From a bacterium (GTDB taxonomy: Bacteria; Bacteroidota; Ignavibacteria; Kapaibacteriales; UBA2268), in the NCBI GenBank assembly GCA_030431515.1, contig JAUIIX010000004.1:47810-111809 (forward strand): 64,000 nucleotides of DNA, written 5' to 3'. A model generated the notes under the pieces. It was not told the DNA's origin, did no database searches, and saw only the letters and a program-made list of their open reading frames with translations. This document shows, piece after piece, positions 38,017 through 45,750 of the stretch (the first letter of the stretch is position 1; every line of letters begins with the position of its first letter). Position numbers and translations under genes: made by a program.

Positions 38017-39413
38017 TGGAGAAGTGTTGTTTGATTAAAAATAACTCTACCACCTAAATCAAATATTTTAACTATGCTTTCTTTAGTTTCTTCTTTATTT
38101 TCTATTATTAAGTTATTATTTGAGAAATAAACTTTATTCGTAGTTTTGATACTTTCTTGTTGAGCTGATAATAAAGTATATTTAGATTTTAATATAACTG
38201 CTTCGTAAGGACTTTTATAATTTCTATAAACAATATACACATTTTTTGATTTATCGCTAACAACCACGAAGTTTAAATGTTGTGAATCAAAATCATAATC
38301 ATATTCACCCATCATGTCCCAATTTTTACCATTATCATTAGTATAAAAAATTAATTTTTTATTAAATACTTCGCTATTATCAGATTTTTTAATTCTACTA
38401 TACCTTAGACTAAGTACTTTTTCATCTGGGTTAAATATGTTCTCACTTAAAATTCTTAATGGTCCTCTGAAAATAGGGGCAGATAAATTTCTATCAAAAT
38501 AATTTAAATGTGTATTTACTACTATACTTTCAACAAAATTATAAGTGTCAAAATGTCCATTTACAATTTTATAATTATCTATATAATCAAATATTTGATT
38601 ATCATCATCTTTTAAATATTTCCTTGTTCCATACATTCCTTTTTCTCTATTCCAACCATTAGACTCATACATATCAGTTGACCCATAATTATTGTCATCT
38701 AAATGAATCATATCGAATTTTTTTAATTTTTCAGAATCTACTAAATAAGCATCTCTATAAGCAATATTATTTATTGGGTGATATATATATCTTTCAGCAT
38801 GAATGAAATTAGGGTTTCTTAAATTAAATGTAAATTTTGCTGTATTACTATAATTACTCGCTATTTGTACTAATGGGTACCAAGTAACACCATAATCCGT
38901 TGAAAAATCTACTATTTCAGTATCATATATTCCTGAACTTCTTTCATCAATATCAATCAACATTTTTGGATTATATGGATTTTTCCAATAATTTTTAACT
39001 GTTCTTTTTGTAGATGTTTTTCTAATTATATTTCCATCAAAATCTAAATAATTAAAATAAGTTGAATCATCAGAATCAACAATTAAAAATTCAAAGCTTA
39101 TTGGGTGTGGCTCAACAGATCTATTAAAACCAACACTTTTATCATATAAATCAGGGTATATATCTCGCCAAGTTACTCCATTATCGGTTGACAACATTCC
39201 CAAAGTTTTAAATTTATCATCTAATACTTTAATAAAAATAGAATCTCCCTTAGTAAATGGGTATCCAATTTGTTCTGTTTTGATTGGTTCTCCATTTTCA
39301 TAACGGATAATGAACTCTTCAAAAGCAGAATCTTGTGAATATAATGAGGAGAATGATAAGATGAATAGAATGAAATATATCATAGTTTTTCTTTTTTGTA
39401 ATTGCTTATTCAA
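37902..39413 (-). CDS. secreted Asp-box (BNR-like) protein with T9SS C-terminal sorting domain, paralog 2
   Basis: Motifs STDNGVTWRDI, STDYGVTWYPL and TNDNGKNWDMM. Its 36 C-terminal residues are identical to those of paralog 1. Its stop lies 2 nt from the paralog 1 start. The real start may be the internal MIYFILF. Confidence 0.65.
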   Translation of the reverse strand: MNKQLQKRKTMIYFILFILSFSSLYSQDSAFEEFIIRYENGEPIKTEQIGYPFTKGDSIFIKVLDDKFKTLGMLSTDNGVTWRDIYPDLYDKSVGFNRSVEPHPISFEFLIVDSDDSTYFNYLDFDGNIIRKTSTKRTVKNYWKNPYNPKMLIDIDERSSGIYDTEIVDFSTDYGVTWYPLVQIASNYSNTAKFTFNLRNPNFIHAERYIYHPINNIAYRDAYLVDSEKLKKFDMIHLDDNNYGSTDMYESNGWNREKGMYGTRKYLKDDDNQIFDYIDNYKIVNGHFDTYNFVESIVVNTHLNYFDRNLSAPIFRGPLRILSENIFNPDEKVLSLRYSRIKKSDNSEVFNKKLIFYTNDNGKNWDMMGEYDYDFDSQHLNFVVVSDKSKNVYIVYRNYKSPYEAVILKSKYTLLSAQQESIKTTNKVYFSNNNLIIENKEETKESIVKIFDLGGRVIFNQTTLLQKGTNQIPLSSQINPNLYLVNIEFKDSKVNIYKLIKGE

Positions 39414-39486
39414 TTTAAATACAAATTAAATAAAATAATGTTACAAATATATAAAAAAATGTTCAAATCTTCGATTTGTGGGGGTT

Positions 39487-39675
39487 TGGGTTGTTTTTGT
39501 TATTTACAAATATTTTGCACCTAAAGGAGCTAAAGAAATTCAGAATCACAGATTAAATAGATTACGTTTATTACACGGATTAAGATGTTGGTAAAGTCAA
39601 CGAGATATTTCGCTTCGCTCAATATGACGGGTTAGTTTTAGAGAGATGGATTCCAAGCTTTGCTTTGAATGTGGA
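39487..39675 (+). repeat. second cluster of R1/R2 interspersed repeats plus CACRGATTA-type short repeats
   Basis: R1: 39503-39530 TTTACAAATATTTTGCACCTAAAGGAGC. R2: 39604-39628 GATATTTCGCTTCGCTCAATATGAC. Degenerate R2: 39649-39675. Short repeats: 39546-39583 CACAGATTA / TAGATTACG / CACGGATTA. Confidence 0.6.
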
Positions 39676-40020
39676 AGTTATTTAGCATTTATTTATGGTA
39701 AAATAGGTATTTTTTATTAATTTTATTCTAAAATAATTATTAAAATAAAAGAAAATATAAAACTTGATAAACACTCTAAGCCCCATAACTTTGTAAGTTT
39801 TCAATTTACATAAATCAAAGTAAATAATCTGTAAACATTTTTATCGATTTTATTTTGCTCAGCTATAAGAGTCTGTATAATATAAAATTACAAGCGAATA
39901 CAAAATCTCGAAAAACGATTTTGTCCAGTTTTTTTTTTGATTAAACAGAAAATGATATAGATAATGTTAATAGGATTTTTAGAATGTTTTAATTTTACAT
40001 CGTTTATTACGAGTAGATAA

Positions 40021-40086
40021 AAAGTAAATGTAAATAAATATTATCCATTCGGAATGTTAATGCCTGATAGAATCATAAGAAAATGA
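40021..40086 (+). pseudogene. possible relic of an RHS/YD-repeat protein gene (motif-only)
   Basis: The short frame KVNVNKYYPFGMLMPDRIIRK* contains YYPFGMLMP, which resembles the (D/N)YYPFGMxMPGR motif of Bacteroidota-type RHS repeat proteins (from memory). It is bounded upstream by TAA at 40018-40020. Confidence 0.3.
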
Positions 40087-40121
40087 AAAAAAACCAAAAA
40101 AAAGCACCTAAAAAGGTGCTT
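40084..40121 (-). terminator. rho-independent terminator after nuoK
   Basis: Stem AAGCACC / GGTGCTT (40102-40108 with 40115-40121), followed on the minus strand by a long T-run (the A-run 40084-40101 on the plus strand). Confidence 0.75.
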
Positions 40122-40145
40122 AATTTAAAATCTATATTTATGATA

Positions 40146-40463
40146 TTACCATTTTAAGAGGTTAATCTCATCCACATTTATTGTTTTGTTATTTCTATAC
40201 ATTGCTAGGAAAATTGCTAATCCAATTGCTGCTTCTGCTGCTGCTACTGCCATTACAAATAATACAAATATTTGACCAGTTGCATCACCTAAAAATGTAG
40301 AAAAAGCTACTAATGTTAGGTTAACAGAATTTAACATTAACTCTATGCACATAAAAATAATAATTGCGTTTCTTCTTGTAAGTACGCCAACTGCCCCTAT
40401 CGCAAATATAATTGCAGATAGACTTAAATAATATCCTAAAGGAACTGAAGAAATTGCTTCCAT
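40146..40463 (-). CDS. nuoK: NADH-quinone oxidoreductase subunit K
   Basis: 105 aa with three TM segments. [33 protein letters not shown] is the hallmark NuoK block with conserved Glu residues. Confidence 0.9.
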   Translation of the reverse strand: MEAISSVPLGYYLSLSAIIFAIGAVGVLTRRNAIIIFMCIELMLNSVNLTLVAFSTFLGDATGQIFVLFVMAVAAAEAAIGLAIFLAMYRNNKTINVDEINLLKW

Positions 40464-40479
40464 TTTTTATTCTCGCTTT

Positions 40480-41007
40480 TTAATTACTATATGATTCGTG
40501 TGATCTTCTTCTTCTTGCTAATATTAAAGCTCCCATTACTGCTACTAATAGTAATAATGTAATTGTTTCAAATTGAAAAAGATAATCGCTAAATAATACT
40601 TGACCTATTGCTTCTACTGTGCTTATTTCAGCTGCTTTTGATTGTAATTCACCAAATTTATTATGTGATAAAACTAATAGTAAAACTACTTGTGTACCAA
40701 GTACTGCACCAAATGCAAGTCCAGCATATTTTCTAATTCCACCACCACCTTCGGCTTGACTTTCTTTACCTAAATTAAGTAGCATTATCACAAATATTAC
40801 AAGTACCATTATCGCACCTGCGTAAACAAGAATCTGTAAAACTGCCATAAATTGTGCTTGTAAAGTTAGATAAAGTCCAGCCAACATAAAGAAATGTAGA
40901 ACTAAAGACATTGCTGATGTAACTGGATTTTTACTTGCTACAGTACCAATTGCACCAATTATTGCAATTATGCCCAGAACAATAAAGAATAATAAAGATA
41001 AATCCAC
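40480..41007 (-). CDS. nuoJ: NADH-quinone oxidoreductase subunit J
   Basis: GTG start. VASKNPVTSAMSLVLHFFMLAGLYLTLQAQFMAVLQILVYAGAIMVLVIFVIMLL is typical of NuoJ. Confidence 0.88.
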   Translation of the reverse strand: MDLSLLFFIVLGIIAIIGAIGTVASKNPVTSAMSLVLHFFMLAGLYLTLQAQFMAVLQILVYAGAIMVLVIFVIMLLNLGKESQAEGGGGIRKYAGLAFGAVLGTQVVLLLVLSHNKFGELQSKAAEISTVEAIGQVLFSDYLFQFETITLLLLVAVMGALILARRRRSHESYSN

Positions 41008-41089
41008 TTTTTTACCTTGTTAAATTAAAATTTTTCAAAAATAATAAAAAAATAAACATAAAGCAATTTTGCATTAAAAAAAAGAATAA

Positions 41090-42499
41090 TTAACTCAGTT
41101 TTTCAAGCAAATATAACTTTAATTTATCAACAGCTATTTTCTCTTGCTGCATACTATCTCGCTCTCTTACAGTAACAGTATTATCTGATTGTGTGTCACT
41201 ATCTATAGTAATACAATAAGGAGTTCCAACTTCATCTTGCCTTCTATATCTTCTTCCGATTGCTCCAGCACTATCATATTCAGTAGTAAAATGTCTTTGT
41301 AAGTCTTTGTGAATATTCTGTGCTAACTCTGGTAATCCATCTCTATTTACTAATGGAAAAATTGCTGCTTTGATAGGAGATAATCTTGGATCAAATCTTA
41401 ATACAGTCCTTGAATCTTCTTTATCATTTTCTACAATTTTCTCAACTTCATAAGCGGCAGATAGAAATGCCATTAAACCACGAGTTGCTCCAGCTGAAGT
41501 TTCCACAACATAAGGAACATATCTTTCTTTGTTTACTGTATCAACATATTCCAATTTTTTACTTGAAAATTCTTGATGTTGTTTTAAATCAAAATCTGTT
41601 CTTGAGTGAATTCCTTCGATTTCTCCGAAACCAAAAGGAAATTCAAATTCAATATCAATTGCTCTATTTGCGTAGTGAGCAAGTTTTTCATGAACTTTTA
41701 ATTTTAATTTGTTTTCTGGAATACCAAGATTTTTATACCAATCCCAACGAAGTCCTTGCCATTCATCAAAGAATTTCATCTCTTCACCAGGTTTAACAAA
41801 ATATTGCATTTCCATTTGCTCAAATTCACGAGTTCTAAATAGAAAGTTTTTAGTATTTATTTCATTTCTAAATGCTTTACCAATTTGAGCAATTCCATAA
41901 GGAACTTTCTGACGAGCAGATTCCATTACATTTTTGAAATTCACAAAAATTCCTTGAGCAGATTCTGGTCTAAGATAGACTACAGCAGAAGAATCTTCAA
42001 CAGGTCCGACAAAAGTCTTGAACATTAGGTTGAAGTTTTTTACATCAGTCCACTCAGCACTACCTTCATCAGTAATTCCATATTCAATGATTAAGTCATA
42101 TAAATCACTATTATGATTAATATGTTCAAGTTTGTATTCAAGAGCGTCTGCCTCATCAGTTTTTTTCTTTTTTCTCAACTTTTGAATATGCTCTTCGATT
42201 AAATTATCAGCTCTAAATCTTTTTTTAGTAGTTTTATTGTCAATCATTGGATCAGAGAATTGCTTAGTATGTCCTGAAGCGTCCCAAACTCGAGGGTGCA
42301 TCAAGATTGAGGCATCTAAACCAACCACATCATCACGGAAAGTCATTGATTGCCACCATTGTTTTTTGATGTTGTTTAATAACTCAACACCCAAAGGACC
42401 AAAATCCCAACAGCCGTTTAACCCACCATAAATATCACTTGATTGAAATACAAATCCTTTTCTTTTAGACAAGGAAATTATATCTTCCATTAATCCCAT
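41090..42499 (-). CDS. glyQS: glycine--tRNA ligase (dimeric alpha2 type)
   Basis: RGFVFQSSDIYGGLNGCWDFGPLGVELLNNIK, the class II motifs FRNE.. and GAGATRG-like (SAGATRG), and a C-terminal anticodon-binding domain. Confidence 0.93.
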   Translation of the reverse strand: MGLMEDIISLSKRKGFVFQSSDIYGGLNGCWDFGPLGVELLNNIKKQWWQSMTFRDDVVGLDASILMHPRVWDASGHTKQFSDPMIDNKTTKKRFRADNLIEEHIQKLRKKKKTDEADALEYKLEHINHNSDLYDLIIEYGITDEGSAEWTDVKNFNLMFKTFVGPVEDSSAVVYLRPESAQGIFVNFKNVMESARQKVPYGIAQIGKAFRNEINTKNFLFRTREFEQMEMQYFVKPGEEMKFFDEWQGLRWDWYKNLGIPENKLKLKVHEKLAHYANRAIDIEFEFPFGFGEIEGIHSRTDFDLKQHQEFSSKKLEYVDTVNKERYVPYVVETSAGATRGLMAFLSAAYEVEKIVENDKEDSRTVLRFDPRLSPIKAAIFPLVNRDGLPELAQNIHKDLQRHFTTEYDSAGAIGRRYRRQDEVGTPYCITIDSDTQSDNTVTVRERDSMQQEKIAVDKLKLYLLEKLS

Positions 42500-42567
42500 T
42501 ATTAATCCATTTTTTTGTCAATAATAAAATGCAAATTAAGAAATTTATTTTTCAGATTGATATTATC

Positions 42568-43998
42568 TTATGAGTTTAAAACAATCAATTTCTCAACAGA
42601 CATATCGTGAATAGCATATTTCACACCCCCAGTTCCAAATCCAGATTTTTTATATCCCCCAAAAGGCATCCAATCAACTCGGAAAGCATTATTTTCATTA
42701 ATCATACATGCTTTCTGCTCAATATTATCAGTATAATACATTGCTAAATTTATATCTTGAGTGAAAATACAAGTTTGGAATGCAAAATCAGATGAGTTCA
42801 AAAGACTTATAATTTCATCTAAATTATTATATTTAATTAAATTTACAACTGGTCCAAATACTTCATCTTTAAATACTTTCATATTGTAGTTAATATTTTC
42901 AAGTATTGTAACTTCGTAATAATTATCTTTTATTGGATTTGCACCAAGTAAAACATTAGCACCTTGGCTAATACTTTCTTTTACCCAAGAATCAATTCTT
43001 TCAAGTGCATCTCTTTTTATTATAGGTCCGCAATTAGTGTTAATATTACGAGCATCACCAACAATTAATTCACTTGCTTTTTTGATAAATTTATTTTTAA
43101 ATTCATCATAGACTTTTTCATCAATAAATATATTTTGAGTTGAAACACAAACTTGACCAGAATGGTAAAAAGAGCTTAGTATTAAAGAATTAACAGATTT
43201 GTCAATATCTGCATCAGCACAAACAATAGCAGAGCCAGTGCCTCCATGCTCAAATTGAACTTTAGTTCCTGGGTAAACTTTCTTCCAAATATCCCAACCA
43301 ATTTTTTCTGAGCCAATAAAACTAACATATTTAAATCTTTTATCTGATACAATTTTAGATGTTTCTGGTCCATCGATTGGTAAAATATGAAAAATACCAT
43401 ATTCTAAACCTGAGTCGATAAAGTAATTATATAATTCATAAGCAGAAAGGGCAGTGTTTTGAGCTGGTTTTAGGACAATAGAACATTTGGCAGCAATAGC
43501 TGTTCCAACCTGATGACATAATAAGTTCAAAGGGTGATTGAAGGCAGATATAGCCAAAACTGCACCTAAAGGATATAGTTTAGTTAAAGCTGTTTTACCT
43601 TTTCCTCTATTCGATTTATCCATTGGGATAATTTCACCAGCTGTGTTTGAGCATTCGATTGCACATTCTCTAATAGTACTTTCGCATCTTTGAACTTCTA
43701 TAATAGCGTCTTTAAGCGGTTTTCCACCTTCACTTGCTATTAATAGGGATAAATATTCAGAATTGAATTTAATTTTATCAGCAACTGAACTTAATATTTC
43801 AGCAATTTTAAAATTATCCATTTTTGAAATAATTTTAAAAGAATCAGATACCTCTTGAATTATCTTCTCTTGTAGTTCTGAATTTGGTAATTCTACTTTT
43901 GCTATTTCAGAATAGTCATTAGGAGAAGTAACAGAGTAATAATCTAAATTTTCGACTGAATGGTTAAGAGTTAGTTTTCTAATTGAGTTATTTATCAT
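42568..43998 (-). CDS. NAD(P)-dependent aldehyde dehydrogenase family protein
   Basis: FEHGGTGSAIV (catalytic Glu context), FYHSGQVCVSTQNIFI (catalytic Cys), and C-terminal PFGGYKKSGFG. Confidence 0.85.
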   Translation of the reverse strand: MINNSIRKLTLNHSVENLDYYSVTSPNDYSEIAKVELPNSELQEKIIQEVSDSFKIISKMDNFKIAEILSSVADKIKFNSEYLSLLIASEGGKPLKDAIIEVQRCESTIRECAIECSNTAGEIIPMDKSNRGKGKTALTKLYPLGAVLAISAFNHPLNLLCHQVGTAIAAKCSIVLKPAQNTALSAYELYNYFIDSGLEYGIFHILPIDGPETSKIVSDKRFKYVSFIGSEKIGWDIWKKVYPGTKVQFEHGGTGSAIVCADADIDKSVNSLILSSFYHSGQVCVSTQNIFIDEKVYDEFKNKFIKKASELIVGDARNINTNCGPIIKRDALERIDSWVKESISQGANVLLGANPIKDNYYEVTILENINYNMKVFKDEVFGPVVNLIKYNNLDEIISLLNSSDFAFQTCIFTQDINLAMYYTDNIEQKACMINENNAFRVDWMPFGGYKKSGFGTGGVKYAIHDMSVEKLIVLNS

Positions 43999-44416
43999 TT
44001 TGTGGATTCATAGTTTTGTGGACAAAGAATAATGATCCTTTTACATTTTCAGCATTTTGAAAACTGCACGGTGGAATATTTTTTAATGTATATTTAGTAG
44101 GAGAAGTAAGATTAGTTTTTAATCCCATTTGTAAAAATTCCAGTTCCACTTCACCTATAAAACTATTAGGATTTTTAGAACATATCAATATTGACCAAAT
44201 TAATTTAGTTTTGTTCAGTTTATCAATTGGTGTTTTGAATTTATGCACAAAAGAACCACCATCATCTAAACTCATTTTGAAGGACTCTATTGTATTTTTT
44301 TGATCATCTATTAATTTAAAATCAGCCCCAGCCATCAAGCCCTCGTCAAGATGTAATGTTACACTTAATGGTTTTCTAAATGGATCTAATAAGCAATATC
44401 TTGTATTTGCCAACAT
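43988..44416 (-). CDS. hypothetical protein, no recognised family
   Basis: 142-aa ORF whose 3' end overlaps the ALDH start by 11 nt. No signal peptide or motif that I can name. Confidence 0.4.
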   Translation of the reverse strand: MLANTRYCLLDPFRKPLSVTLHLDEGLMAGADFKLIDDQKNTIESFKMSLDDGGSFVHKFKTPIDKLNKTKLIWSILICSKNPNSFIGEVELEFLQMGLKTNLTSPTKYTLKNIPPCSFQNAENVKGSLFFVHKTMNPQNDK

Positions 44417-44607
44417 AAAACAACCTAATTGAATAGTATAATGAAAAATAACTTATCATATTTTAATTTCAAATTTACAAAATAAAATAAAAATATCAAT
44501 GATTTATTATAAAAATATATTCTAAGTGTTTATAAATAGAAAATTAAAATAATAAATTATTTAAAATTACATATTTAGATTAAATAAAATAGGTATTGAA
44601 ATATTTT

Positions 44608-44622
44608 TGGCACATAGATTGA
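44608..44622 (+). promoter_or_regulatory. candidate sigma-54 (-24/-12) promoter upstream of fliP
   Basis: TGGCACatagaTTGA has correct GG/TG spacing relative to the consensus TGGCACG-N4-TTGC(A/T). The only deviation in the -12 element is GC to GA. It lies in an intergenic region, 49 nt upstream of the fliP start. Confidence 0.3.
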
Positions 44623-44670
44623 CAAGTCTATAGTGGGTTTTACTATTGTTGAATATTATTCAGGTTTAAA

Positions 44671-45450
44671 TTGAATGAATATCTAAATATACTTTTAGTA
44701 AGTTTTATACTATGTATAGGGTTAACTAATAAAATGCTATCGCAGCAAAGTGCTGGCCAAAGATTATCTGTTCCATCATTAGCGGTTAATATTGACCAAA
44801 GTGATGATAAAGATGATTTGATGCTAACTTTGCAGATATTAGGTGTGATCACTGTACTTACATTAGCACCTTCAATCTTAGTTATGATGACTTGTTTTAC
44901 GAGAATAATCGTGGTTTTCCACTTTTTGAAACAAGCATTAGGAACTACTTCTCAACCACCTAATCAATTATTAACTGGATTGGCACTATTCCTCACATTC
45001 TTTGTGATGCAGCCCGTCCTCGATAAAGCAAATAATGAAGGTATTCAACCATATATGCGTGAAGAAATTGACCAAGATCAAGCAATCGCAAATGTAATGA
45101 ATCCATTTAGAGATTATATGTTAAATCATACTCGTGAAGCAGATTTAGCATTATTTGTAAAATTGAGTGGTGGCGAAAAACCAAATACAGTAGAAGATGT
45201 ATCAATTTGGGCAATAATTCCAGCATTCTCTATATCAGAATTAAAAACAGCTTTTCAAATAGGATTTTTAATATTCGTACCTTTCTTAGTTTTGGATATG
45301 ATAATCGCCTCTACCCTTATGTCATTGGGTATGTTTTTATTACCTCCACAATTAATATCCTTACCTATTAAAATCCTGTTATTTATTTTAGTAGATGGAT
45401 GGAATCTTATAGTTGATTCTTTGATGAAAAGTATTTTACAAGAACAATAA
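44671..45450 (+). CDS. fliP: flagellar type III export gate protein FliP
   Basis: TTG start and signal-like N-terminus. LQILGVITVLTLAPSILVMMTCFTRIIVVFHFLKQALGT..PPNQ and FLIFVPFLVLDMIIASTLMSLGM are hallmark FliP blocks. Confidence 0.92.
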   Translation: MNEYLNILLVSFILCIGLTNKMLSQQSAGQRLSVPSLAVNIDQSDDKDDLMLTLQILGVITVLTLAPSILVMMTCFTRIIVVFHFLKQALGTTSQPPNQLLTGLALFLTFFVMQPVLDKANNEGIQPYMREEIDQDQAIANVMNPFRDYMLNHTREADLALFVKLSGGEKPNTVEDVSIWAIIPAFSISELKTAFQIGFLIFVPFLVLDMIIASTLMSLGMFLLPPQLISLPIKILLFILVDGWNLIVDSLMKSILQEQ

Positions 45451-45460
45451 GGAGAATAAA

Positions 45461-45739
45461 ATGTCAGATCAAATGGTAATGACGATAGTTAGAGATGCAT
45501 TTTATTATGTTATTTTAGTTTGTGGACCATTACTTTTAGTATCATTAGTAATTGGTTTAGTTATTTCGATATTCCAAGCTGCAACTACTATTTCTGAACA
45601 AACTTTGACTTTTGTTCCGAAGTTAATCGCAGTGTTTATAGTTACAGTTTTATTATTACCATTTATGATCGGTACATTAAAAACATTCACTATTGAAATG
45701 TTCACAATGATTGCTCAAATGGGTCCAATTGAAAAATAA
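45461..45739 (+). CDS. fliQ: flagellar export gate protein FliQ
   Basis: 92 aa with two TM segments. GPLLLVSLVIGLVISIFQAATTISEQTLTFVPKLIAVF. GGAG lies 6 nt upstream of the ATG. Confidence 0.9.
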   Translation: MSDQMVMTIVRDAFYYVILVCGPLLLVSLVIGLVISIFQAATTISEQTLTFVPKLIAVFIVTVLLLPFMIGTLKTFTIEMFTMIAQMGPIEK

Positions 45740-45750
45740 AGGGATTTACA

